Shown: piece after piece, positions 1 to 9,500 of the stretch
How positions within the stretch are numbered: position 1 is the stretch's first letter
How the letters are laid out: each line of letters begins with the position of its first letter
IMG/VR virus record: IMGVR_UViG_3300033434_000006
Span: 1-45,289 of that record
DNA length: 45,289 nucleotides
Origin: a virus
Lineage: Duplodnaviria; Caudoviricetes
Strand: one strand, 5' to 3'
The notes under the pieces: generated by a model
What the model was told of the DNA's origin: nothing
Database searches by the model: none
The model's input: only the letters and a program-made list of their open reading frames with translations
Position numbers and translations under genes: made by a program

Positions 1-99
1 CAGTCAAAACACTAATCAAGCTTGAAATTACAATACTCTTGATAGACACTAGCACGGCCTTTTCCATGTTATCCCGAACCTTAACCCACAACGAGGAAG
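1..99. repeat. 99-bp direct terminal repeat, copy 1 (circular assembly overlap)
   Basis: cagtcaaaac...acgaggaag is identical to 45191-45289. Confidence 0.97.
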
Positions 100-733
100 T
101 GGAATCAATTTCGGTTTCTAGCTCGGTGATAACAGTTGCTACCGCCTCCGTTGAAGCATTGCTAATTAGATCGGACAGTTCACTCAGTACAGCAGTAATA
201 ACCGAAGTTACTGCGCTGGCAGTTGTAGCGATCAATGCGATAGTTCCGCTAACCGTATCGCCAGCTTCTACCGTCACATCAACAGTATTAGAGGTATAGC
301 CATCAAGCGTCGCAGTAAAGGTCTGACTTCCAGCCGTCAAGTCGCTGAAAGTAGCGGTACCATCAGTGCCGGTAGTCGCCGTAGTGGTCACATCGCTAAT
401 TGTTACGCTGACAGTAGCCCCGGATAATACAGTTTCAGCACTATTCTGGACTGTGATAGTGACGTTCCCAGTAGTAGTCGTATCGGTATCGGCAAACCTC
501 TGTAAATTAAAATTCGTTTTCATGTTAAAAACACATCCTTTTATATTTTTTATTGTCCACCGCAATAACCGGGCGATGGTCCGAAGTCCAAACGGGACGG
601 CTTTAGCCGCCTCCGCTTCGATCACATTAATAATCGCCACCCTTGCGGCCTGTAGTTCGGCCTGCACTGGTGGCGACTCTGCGAGTTTTATGAGGTAAGG
701 TAATACCTGTTTTTCAATTGATTCTATATCCAT
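1..733 (-). CDS. Junction-spanning protein, 5' part (264 aa from ATG 733, or 194 aa from ATG 523): Prp-like motif, Thr-rich Ig/carboxypeptidase-regulatory-like domain, helical C-terminus
   Basis: Manual translation MDIESIEKQVLPYL...KGCVFNMKTNFNLQRFADTDTTTTGNVTITVQNSAETVLSGATVSV... is open to base 1 and continues 45190-45129. SD AGGGGG before 733 and AAAGGATGTG before 523. Not in the ORF track because it crosses the edge. Confidence 0.8.
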   Translation of the reverse strand, partial: MDIESIEKQVLPYLIKLAESPPVQAELQAARVAIINVIEAEAAKAVPFGLRTIARLLRWTIKNIKGCVFNMKTNFNLQRFADTDTTTTGNVTITVQNSAETVLSGATVSVTISDVTTTATTGTDGTATFSDLTAGSQTFTATLDGYTSNTVDVTVEAGDTVSGTIALIATTASAVTSVITAVLSELSDLISNASTEAVATVITELETEIDSTSSLWVKVRDNMEKAVLVSIKSIVISSLISVLT

Positions 734-735
734 GA

Positions 736-1485
736 CTACCCCCTACTTGTCCAGCAATCGCTGGCATACTTATCGTAGTAGTCATATGGTAGGTAAAAGT
801 AGCCCAAATCCCCGAAAGTTATGCCCCAGCTATTCCTTACTATTAGCTGACTCTTGTCATCGTCATAGCCAACCACTAAAACCGCATGGCCTCCCAGTAA
901 TTCTTCTTTTGAAGTGTCCGGCATCGGCACTATTCCAGTGTTGCCAACTTCGTCCGATTCAAACGATTCATATACATCAATACCTATAACCACAGGCAAT
1001 CCCTCTGCCAAGGCCGCTTTTAGTTGTGCTAAATCCGTAATGCGGTGATACTCTTTAACTTTATACGGTGCGGCATCAGTGGTCATCTTGTCTGTCGGTT
1101 GGTTGGTGAAGGTATCAATATCGTAGGGCCAATCAGTTTCGGGGCACACTCCAATTTGGTTCAGCACTTTCATTCCGTCGCGGATCATAGCGCCGCTGTC
1201 CTCACTGACCGAATCCTCTAACAAGCGTTCCTGGTAATACAGGAACAGCCTTGACAACTGTAGCCACTTGTTTTCTTTGTTGATTAGCAGGTATTCACGT
1301 AGGCCGGATACAATGGCATTTGCTGTGCAGGAGCCTAACGCACCTTGATTGACAATTGGGCTACATTTTTTACGCAAATCAACCTTATCCGGCAGGTGTG
1401 CCTCTGACTTGAAATTTCCGGAACAAAAGATATGATCGCGCAGGTCAATAGGGTCTTTTTTGAGTTTGTAAACGTGTTTACTCAT
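736..1485 (-). CDS. Papain-family (C1A) cysteine peptidase
   Basis: QGALGSCTANA, GGHAV and VRNSWG catalytic motifs. SD GGAG before ATG 1485 (track starts at 1503). Confidence 0.92.
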   Translation of the reverse strand: MSKHVYKLKKDPIDLRDHIFCSGNFKSEAHLPDKVDLRKKCSPIVNQGALGSCTANAIVSGLREYLLINKENKWLQLSRLFLYYQERLLEDSVSEDSGAMIRDGMKVLNQIGVCPETDWPYDIDTFTNQPTDKMTTDAAPYKVKEYHRITDLAQLKAALAEGLPVVIGIDVYESFESDEVGNTGIVPMPDTSKEELLGGHAVLVVGYDDDKSQLIVRNSWGITFGDLGYFYLPYDYYDKYASDCWTSRG

Positions 1486-1489
1486 AGAA

Positions 1490-2044
1490 TCACTCCTTCC
1501 CATAATCTGTAATTCCTCTGGCTATTGCGCCAGCCATTCTATCCTGCCAGTATGGTGTTGACAGCAATTGTGCCTCTGTATCGTTAGATATAAAAGCCAT
1601 CTCCACCAGGCAGGCCGGGGCATCGGTATGAGTAAGGACATAAAATCTAGCCTCCTTTTCGCCACGATTAGCCATGTCGGGGAATGTCCCGGAAATTTGC
1701 TTATAGATGCAATTAGCCAGTGTGTCCCCGGCAGTAACGCCAGGACTAGTCCATATCTCGTAGCCTCTGGCATCACGGTTATCTGCGCTGTTACAATGCA
1801 GAGATACAAAAACGTCCGCTCCCCAGTTGTTGGAGAGGGACGTTCGATAATCCAGATCATCAGTTTCAGGTTGCTCCCATTCGGTTCGAGTGAGCAAAAC
1901 CTCACAGCCTGCGGCCTCTAGGTACTGTTTAACCAGCCTAGCGACCATCAGCGTCATGTCAGCCTCTTCTAGTCCTGTACTGGGATTTACTGCGCCGGGG
2001 TCGGTATTACGTCCAGCATGCCCAGGGTCAATGCAGATTTTCAT
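1490..2044 (-). CDS. Endolysin, N-acetylmuramoyl-L-alanine amidase (Amidase_3)
   Basis: IDPGHAG, E, FVSLHCNS and LVEMAFISN zinc/catalytic motifs. Start MKICID overlaps the holin stop (ATGA). Confidence 0.93.
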   Translation of the reverse strand: MKICIDPGHAGRNTDPGAVNPSTGLEEADMTLMVARLVKQYLEAAGCEVLLTRTEWEQPETDDLDYRTSLSNNWGADVFVSLHCNSADNRDARGYEIWTSPGVTAGDTLANCIYKQISGTFPDMANRGEKEARFYVLTHTDAPACLVEMAFISNDTEAQLLSTPYWQDRMAGAIARGITDYGKE

Positions 2045-2223
2045 TTCAACATCCTTTCCAGCAGTACCACAACAATAGCGGTTATGATACCACTTGTCCC
2101 AGCGGCTTTCCACACAGCTTTTTCCAGTTCATGCAACCGTCTGAAAATATCCACTTCATTTTTTTCTAGTGTCCCTATTCTGGCATCACATCCAGAGTGT
2201 TCCATACAAAGTTCTGTTGTCAC
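2041..2223 (-). CDS. Putative holin (XhlA-like; coiled coil plus C-terminal TM)
   Basis: 60 aa with a C-terminal hydrophobic helix, directly upstream of the amidase, strong SD AGGAGG. Confidence 0.7.
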   Translation of the reverse strand: MTTELCMEHSGCDARIGTLEKNEVDIFRRLHELEKAVWKAAGTSGIITAIVVVLLERMLK

Positions 2224-2236
2224 GGAATCCCCTCCT

Positions 2237-2280
2237 AAAATAATAGTAGGTTAACCAGATGACTGGTTAACCTACTATTA
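2237..2280 (-). terminator. Perfect 18-bp hairpin, probable terminator after the FkbM gene
   Basis: taatagtaggttaaccag-atga-ctggttaacctactatta, followed by TTTT on the minus strand. Confidence 0.7.
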
Positions 2281-2319
2281 AAACATGTTTTATCTTTTTT
2301 TATAAGCACATGGATATTG

Positions 2320-3096
2320 TCAAAAATAAACAAATGTCATTGCTGCTCCTGAAATATGCGTCAAGCTATAACCGGCTTCTTTAATTTTTTTGATTGTAGT
2401 ATATATTCTATCACCTCCGTTACCATCAATTTCAGTATGTACTTCATCAAAATTAACGCATAATACACGAGGGTAGATATGAGTATTTAATAAATTTTCA
2501 ATTACTTCATACTCTGCGCCTTCAATATTCATTTTTAATAATGTTATTTCCTTATGCTGATGCATTTCCATAATACTAGTGATTGTTTTGCATTCGGCTT
2601 CAAAATAGTCATTAGTTTTTTGTAAGTTTACTATGGAATGTGATACATGTTCTGGATTTTGTGGAGCATAAAATTTCATTATGCAATTGCTAGACCATAA
2701 ACCATAAGGGAGAAAGGTGCTATATTCTATAGAATCAGTATTAAAGTCGTAAACTTCCTGAGTATTATTTACGTGAAATTTTTCGTTGTTTTTACAATGG
2801 TTTGTTAATAAATTATAATGTTTCTGCGCTCTAGGGGTTGGGTCAATCGTGAACACTTTACATTTAAATCTATTTATTAACCCAATATCAAATGTAATAT
2901 CTTCTCCAGCTCCAGCGCAATAGCAAATTGAGTCAGAATTTAAATGAGCTACCGGAACACTAAAACCGCCGTAAGCCGTTCCAATTCTAGCATGTAGTAA
3001 ATCGTTCTTATCAAAGAGCGATTCTATTTTTTTATTTTTTTGCCAAGCTTTAATTCGATAAGAGGCGCTATGTAATTTTTTCACCAATTCATTCAT
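2320..3096 (-). CDS. FkbM-family SAM methyltransferase (AT-rich moron)
   Basis: GAGEDITFD, FTIDPTP and LLKMNIEGAEYEV motifs. Likely start ATG 3096 after GAAAGGG (track starts at 3183). Confidence 0.85.
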   Translation of the reverse strand: MNELVKKLHSASYRIKAWQKNKKIESLFDKNDLLHARIGTAYGGFSVPVAHLNSDSICYCAGAGEDITFDIGLINRFKCKVFTIDPTPRAQKHYNLLTNHCKNNEKFHVNNTQEVYDFNTDSIEYSTFLPYGLWSSNCIMKFYAPQNPEHVSHSIVNLQKTNDYFEAECKTITSIMEMHQHKEITLLKMNIEGAEYEVIENLLNTHIYPRVLCVNFDEVHTEIDGNGGDRIYTTIKKIKEAGYSLTHISGAAMTFVYF

Positions 3097-3176
3097 CGAA
3101 ATCATACCCTTTCTATAAGCAATAGTATCATAAATAATTTCCACATTTATACATAAATACCTCTTTTTATAAAAAA

Positions 3177-3452
3177 TTAACAATCAGTAGCATCACTGTA
3201 AGCATCTAAAGTTTTTAAATATACATAGCCCTGTTTGATAAAATTGGTTGCAGTATCTTCGACACTTGGAGTAAATGAATAGGTTTTAGCTGGTTCTAAA
3301 TAACTATTCCCGGCTTCGAATAATGCCTGTGAAGCGTATTCATAAACAGTTAAATTCAAGCTATCTTTTGAACCGGTAACGGAATCGATTCGGATATAAG
3401 CCCCGGATACGCTTACTCCACTATCTAAGGTTAACGTCTTAGTTAATGCCAT
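3177..3452 (-). CDS. Small tail-fibre-associated protein
   Basis: 91 aa with good SD, directly downstream of the tail spike. Confidence 0.6.
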   Translation of the reverse strand: MALTKTLTLDSGVSVSGAYIRIDSVTGSKDSLNLTVYEYASQALFEAGNSYLEPAKTYSFTPSVEDTATNFIKQGYVYLKTLDAYSDATDC

Positions 3453-3461
3453 ATTCCCTCC

Positions 3462-6251
3462 TTAACTTGATGCCATTACGTTGGCCGTTTTTAAGTCTGC
3501 TATCAAGGTATTTAAAGCTGTTAATGCTGCGCTTGCCGTTGAAACTCCTGTTGTAGCTGTCCCGTTAGATACCACAATTGTTCCGGTGTATGTAGCGGCG
3601 GCAGGAGTATTCCCATTATAGGCGCTTTCTGTGAGCGTTATTGCCGCCCCAGAAACAGTTGCCGTATATTTAGCTGTAACGGTTGAATTAGCGTTTAGGG
3701 CGGTAGTTATGTTGGTAGCAGTTGTGGCAATAGTTGAACCAACAGTATAGTCAGTCGAATCGGTTATTGCCGCTGTTGCAGTTAACGTCACGCCTCCAAT
3801 TGTCAGAGTATCACCAGTCACGCTATTGGTTGTGATTGTATAGGTTTTAGCACCATATACGGCGGCGGCGGCGGCTTGATATGCCGTTTGTGATTGCCCT
3901 ACAATGCCGAAACCTTTCCAAGTGCCAGGTGTCCCGGCGGCTATGCATTGCCAGTAAGCGTAGTTCCCAGAAGACGGCGATGAGTTTAAACATAAATCGC
4001 CAAGTTTCCAAGTCCCGGTAGTCGGGTAGGAAGTTCCATATGTTGTCCGTGGATTTGTGAGTAGCGGCAATGCCGAACCTATTGTCGATGAAGGCGAAAC
4101 ATTTGTAACGGTGTGCTGCACACTAGAACTATCATTGTACACTGCATATGTACAACTATCGGCAACAACATCATTGGCAAGCAGTTTCCCTGTGCAAGTA
4201 GAGAAATGAACTCCGATTGCTGCCGCCCCGGTGATAATAACATGATTTGCTGTTACGTTTTTGCAATTGCTAAAAATAGCTGTTCGGAAGTGAGTGTATG
4301 AACTAGAATTTGTATAACTATAATTTTCTAAAACCGTGTTATTGCAATATCCTAGCTTAATACCATACGCATTGGTTGGCCCGTCAGAATCAATTACAAT
4401 ATTTTTGAGTTTAATATTTGAATGAGTGATTGACGATGAAGTATAGCACAATGAAAGAGGAACTAGGTCTGCCGTCGTCGTTGAGTCAACAGCGATGTAT
4501 AGTCCATTTATCTCCAAGTCTGAGATACCAATATTACTTGATATATCGGATAGTCCTTGGGCACTAGCGGAGGTTAAGGAGAGTTTTATATTTTTGAGCC
4601 TTGTCCCCGTTATAATTTGTGAGGCCGAACCTATTGACAGTGGATATGAGGCAGAAGTTTCAAATCCGTCAACTTCAGTATAATTTCCGTTAATTAGCAT
4701 ACCTACTGAATATGATACGGTTGACCCAGTTGTGTCGGAAATTACGTCATACCACTTTGTTCCTGCACATGAGGATGCAAATGGTACGTCCATAGTTCCA
4801 TAGGCCCTGGCATGGCTAACACTACACCCAACTTTACTGCCATATCCTTGCGCATCATTAAACCCAATTACTTCTAGACAGTCAGCACAATTAGAGTATC
4901 CGTACACATTTTCTATTTTTACATAGCTGGCATGAACTTTAATAAGCCTTTTACCGAAGTTGTACCCATAAGCATTAGATATTTTTACGCTGTTCAAATA
5001 ATCCGTAGAAGGGGTTTGAATATAGACAGCACTTGTATCTTCATATAGGATGTCCCCTGACGAATCGATATTGTGGAATTCTGTTACTGACAAATTGTTA
5101 ATCCGGGCATTAGCATAGTTACCAGTACCGCCAAGGAATACGCCAGATAGGTTTCCTCCGCTGTCCCCAACAGTGCCGTTCCCTAGCTTATAACAGCTAC
5201 TAAAGGTTATACCGTCAATATCCAATACATTACCAGACAAGTTTACATATAATAAAATAGTGCTGTAGCTGCTGTCCTCATCTTTTACGTTTTGGAATGT
5301 TATATTTTTGAATGAAATATTACCGCAACCAGTTTTATAAAGCATCGCATATTCTACATATGAACTATTAAAATCAAAGATTATATTCTCGAATGATACG
5401 GCATTGCTAAAGGTAAATACGGTAGTTCCTGCCGCTACATTGATTGAGAATGTAACCGAACCCAACCCAAGAACTTGAACATCTACGCCAGGGGCAACCG
5501 TTATTGCTGATGTAATTAAAACTTTTGCCCCGGCATGTATCAATATTTTAGTGTATCCTGAGTTAAGTGCGGCTGACAGGGCACTAGTATCATCTGTTGT
5601 TCCATCTCCAACCAGACCGTAATACCTAGCATCTACATATGGCCCTTTCGTAATTATGTTAGGCGTGGTCAATGTTCCGGTCATAGCGGTACTACCGTCT
5701 AATAATACAGCATTGGTCTTATAGTCTGCGCTCGCCGCACTTGCCTCTGCTGCCGTTGCATATGTCGCCGCCTCTGTAGCTTTTGTAGTGGCAATTGCTG
5801 CTTGTTCCGTTGCCGTGGTGGCGCTTGCCGCCGAGTCTGTTGCATATGCTTCTGCCTCTGCGGTGTAGTTTGCAATTTCAGCGTAATCGGCGGCATTGCG
5901 CTTGACCTCCTGCGACATGTAGGTCAATTTGTCTAAGGACGCTTCGACGGTTTTTGCGTAAAACGCGCCACTGTTTGTAAACTCGGTTTCCTGGTCGAAG
6001 GTTGACTCACGCTGGACAATAATCTTGTAGCTTGAACCATAATTGGCCGCGCTGGAATAGGTAACGGTGCATTCGCTGGTGTCCACGGTAAAGCCGCTGG
6101 TTATCTCCGTTGTAGTCGCCGGAGAAGTGGTGTTGTTGACTAGGTATAGGTGAATGTCGCTTGATAGAAGTATGGGGAATGTGTAGGCGAATACTGTGGT
6201 TGAGCTGTCGCAAGTATAAGTATTTTGAGTAACTTGCGAGGATACTGACAA
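3462..6251 (-). CDS. Tail fibre/spike: T7 gp17-like N-terminal anchor, Ala-rich coil, pectate-lyase-like beta-helix
   Basis: N-terminal YTCDSSTTVFAYTF...LDKLTYMSQE; YGLVGDGTTDDTSAL beta-helix start; PTTGTWKLGD motif. TTG start after AAGGAGTG. Confidence 0.85.
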   Translation of the reverse strand: MSVSSQVTQNTYTCDSSTTVFAYTFPILLSSDIHLYLVNNTTSPATTTEITSGFTVDTSECTVTYSSAANYGSSYKIIVQRESTFDQETEFTNSGAFYAKTVEASLDKLTYMSQEVKRNAADYAEIANYTAEAEAYATDSAASATTATEQAAIATTKATEAATYATAAEASAASADYKTNAVLLDGSTAMTGTLTTPNIITKGPYVDARYYGLVGDGTTDDTSALSAALNSGYTKILIHAGAKVLITSAITVAPGVDVQVLGLGSVTFSINVAAGTTVFTFSNAVSFENIIFDFNSSYVEYAMLYKTGCGNISFKNITFQNVKDEDSSYSTILLYVNLSGNVLDIDGITFSSCYKLGNGTVGDSGGNLSGVFLGGTGNYANARINNLSVTEFHNIDSSGDILYEDTSAVYIQTPSTDYLNSVKISNAYGYNFGKRLIKVHASYVKIENVYGYSNCADCLEVIGFNDAQGYGSKVGCSVSHARAYGTMDVPFASSCAGTKWYDVISDTTGSTVSYSVGMLINGNYTEVDGFETSASYPLSIGSASQIITGTRLKNIKLSLTSASAQGLSDISSNIGISDLEINGLYIAVDSTTTADLVPLSLCYTSSSITHSNIKLKNIVIDSDGPTNAYGIKLGYCNNTVLENYSYTNSSSYTHFRTAIFSNCKNVTANHVIITGAAAIGVHFSTCTGKLLANDVVADSCTYAVYNDSSSVQHTVTNVSPSSTIGSALPLLTNPRTTYGTSYPTTGTWKLGDLCLNSSPSSGNYAYWQCIAAGTPGTWKGFGIVGQSQTAYQAAAAAVYGAKTYTITTNSVTGDTLTIGGVTLTATAAITDSTDYTVGSTIATTATNITTALNANSTVTAKYTATVSGAAITLTESAYNGNTPAAATYTGTIVVSNGTATTGVSTASAALTALNTLIADLKTANVMASS

Positions 6252-6309
6252 TAGAATCACTCCTTTTTTGGTTCGGCCTAAATTATGGACCTGACCTCAT
6301 TTTTGGGCA

Positions 6310-6341
6310 TAATAAAAGAGAGTAGCGATTGCCACTCTCTT
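6310..6341 (-). terminator. Intrinsic terminator
   Basis: Minus strand aagagagtggc-aatc-gctactctctt-ttatt. Confidence 0.55.
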
Positions 6342-6375
6342 GGGATATAATGGGAATAAATTGGACGGTGATAAT

Positions 6376-6576
6376 ATGTTTGAAAAAATATGGGGCATCG
6401 TATGGGCCGGAGTAGGTATTTTTTTGTTTTTAGGACTTATTGGTGGCATTGTTGCAGGGTTTCAGGATGCGTTTCACAAACACGGGGCTATAAATGTATT
6501 AGTGTTTTTTGCAATACTCATGTTAATAATAATCGGCGGTTTATTGGGCCATGGGAGCCACGGTATGCTAGATTAA
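6376..6576 (+). CDS. Small two-TM membrane protein, opposite strand (moron)
   Basis: MFEKIWGIVW... has two hydrophobic helices. SD GGACGGTG; TATAAT at 6346-6351. Confidence 0.65.
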   Translation: MFEKIWGIVWAGVGIFLFLGLIGGIVAGFQDAFHKHGAINVLVFFAILMLIIIGGLLGHGSHGMLD

Positions 6577-9500
6577 TTTTTACCTAAAACGTTCTTAGCC
6601 AGTTGTAGTATTTGAGATTTATTCGCATCAATTTTCTGCCGCTTTTGCTCTGCGGTTAATTCTTTATTGCTAGTAATATCTAAATTTGCCTTTTGAAGTT
6701 CCTTCATTTTCTGTTCAACTTTACGAAGTTTTTTCAAATCAGCAGGTACTATGCCCTTTTTGCCTGTAGCAGCATGGTTCTTTTCTGCTTCATCAAGCTT
6801 TTCGTAAAACTCATTAACTGAATTAGGATTTTTAAATTCGGTATAGGTAAGTCCGCGGATTCCAGGCAATTCTGCTGTGGTTTTCGCGGGCATTTCCTTT
6901 TTATCACCTATAAAAGTATCGCCTAGCCCAACAAAGAACTTACCGGCGCTGCCTAAATAACCGTTTATCGTATTATCAATTTTTTCGGGTGATAATCCAG
7001 TAGTTTTTCCTAATTTTTTAGCCGCTTCTGAAGTATAATCATTAAATTGATATTCGTCAGGCAATCGCTGCTCTTTTCTGCCAACTACGGATTTATTTGT
7101 AAAGAAGCTGTAATTAGTCATCCATTCAAGTATTGGCCCTACAAGAGTAGGAATAACATTAGGCGCAAACCCCTGGGCCGCATATGAGGCCCATTTTTTA
7201 ACCGCATCTGGGTCTTCACCGTATGCCTTATCTAAAGCCCGTTCTATGGCTGAACCGAAGAAAATACCCGGCTCAAACGGTTTAGGTATACGAATTATTG
7301 TTCCGTTGGACTCAAATAGCCAGCAACCATTTTTAATATCGTCAGATAGTTCCTTATACCAATCTTTATCATGGTTCATAACCCACGTGACAACGCTAGG
7401 TAATGTTATATACATCATCGCCAAAGGAATAGTCCGTTTTGGATTATCCTTTAATGATCTTACAAACCTGTCACCGCCTTGCAATGCCGCATTGAAGAAG
7501 GGAACAACCTGATTGATCTGTTTTGTTAATGTACCAGAACGGCTAAAATCAAGAGTAACGTCCTTGGCTAATAGTCCGGCTTCATCAATACTCTTACCTT
7601 GTTGCCGCGCACGTTCAAATTCTCTTATCCTTGTGCCTGATTCTCCGTATTCAGATACTTCTCGTAGACCATCATAAGCCGCTCGTACATATGTTAATGG
7701 GTTAACCTTTCGCCATTTACTACCTTCGCCCATTTCATTAATCAATCTGCTAACGCCTTTGCGATCAAGGCCAACAAAAGCGGATAATGGCGCGCCGGAC
7801 GCTTTAAACTCATAGGACAAAGGTTTATCTTTAATCAGCGAATAAACCCCTTTTGCACTATCAAGCACGGGTTTAAATCCAGTTTCTGAGTAAATACCAG
7901 CGGTTAAAGTATCTCGAATAAGATTCCTTACTACGAAATCAGGGCTTATTGTTGCCCCTACTCTCAACGCCTGGGCAAAAGGCTTCAAGAAACTAATAAG
8001 CATATTTGAAGATGCTTGATTCATGCTCATGATCGCACGGTAAAACTCCGGAGTGGTTTGGTAGGCTTGTTTTTTACCATCAACCATAACAGTAAAGATA
8101 CTTTTTTTTGCATCGGCTGTTTCACCGGGTACTTTTTCGATAAAGCGTCCAATCCCACTATTCTTTTCAAGGTCAACAAATGTTTGCGCAACCTTGTTTC
8201 GTTCTACAGCATCAAGCAGGATGAAAGTATTTTTGATTGTGCTTTCAATCGGGTCAATAACTGATCTGGTAGAACCTTCTTCCGTAAGTTTTTTTAGCGG
8301 ATTGCTAACATTACCGATTTTTTTACCATTGGAACTAAACGCATCAGTCATTGCAGCCTCATCGTCGAAGTCACGCATCATAGGTGCATAGTTACTGTAT
8401 TTGTCCCTAAGCGTATTAATGGTTCCCTGACTAATCAACCCGCCATCCTGGGCAATTGCTAATAAATTATCGTTATATTGATAGAACTTTTGCGCCAAGT
8501 CTTGTAACTCTTTTGGCGCATTTTTCATTATTTCGGCAGCATCAGTTTTAGTAAGTGGCCCTTTATATTCTGGTTCAAGGGCTTGTAATTCAATTTGCCG
8601 CCTTGCCGCTAATAATGTGCTATATGCTTGCTGCCAACTTTTAAAGTTACCACGTTCAAGATAATCAGGATACTTTTCTTGTAGTCTTGAGTCTCCAAGA
8701 AAATCGAATATATCTTTCATTGTAACGTCGTATTGAAGCTTTCCATGGTACAACTTATTAAGAGTATCGCGCACTAACCCTGGGTTATCATCGCTAACCA
8801 ACATTTCAGCCCTAGCCAAGGCAGAAGTTTGTGCCATCCTTGCCCGTTTGTATGGATTCTTTTCAAACTCTAAATCATGACCAATTTGTTTTTGAATTGC
8901 ATCTGTAAGCCGTGACAATTCCGACTTGTCATCAAAAAACGTCTCGTATGCTTTATACGCGGCGTTTCTAGCAGTATCTTTAATTGTTTCGAAAGATGAT
9001 TTATCATTACCAAAGGTTACTGATCCACGGCCCCTGGCTTCTGCCGATTGGTTGAACCACCTTTGCATCTTATCGCCAATAGAGCCAACTTTTTTACTAA
9101 GTTTACCGTCTTTAGCAAGCGCAGCGGTAAAGTCATTATAATACCCAGGGAAGTTTTGTTTTGCCTTTTGTTGGTCAGTTAAATACTGCCGTGAAAATTC
9201 GGCTATACCTTCGGCCCGGCGCTGGTCTGGTGTGTATTTTTTATAAAGCTTATTTCTGCCCCAAATCCGGTCAGCAGCGGTGATTAACTCGCTGTCGTGC
9301 CCAGTAATTTTAAGCTGCTTATCTAGGTAATGCCCAACTTCATGCGCGATAGTGTCAAAATCGCCAAAGTTAGCCGAACGGATTACGTCCTTATCGACTT
9401 TAAACACGCCAGCATAATTTTTATTGCCTATTTTGCCAGTTCGTGAGGCCACTAAATCGTCAACGGCCTTGTTTATTTCGGCGCGAGTAATAGGCGTTAC

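Noticed and set aside
39-698. Plus-strand ORFs 39-299 and 366-698, and most other + strand ORFs between 700 and 38900
   Set aside because: They are antisense shadows of well-supported minus-strand genes and lack SD sequences or motifs.
3462-6251. BPP-1-style diversity-generating retroelement
   Set aside because: No reverse transcriptase ORF, and I saw no TR/VR duplicate of the spike 3' end.
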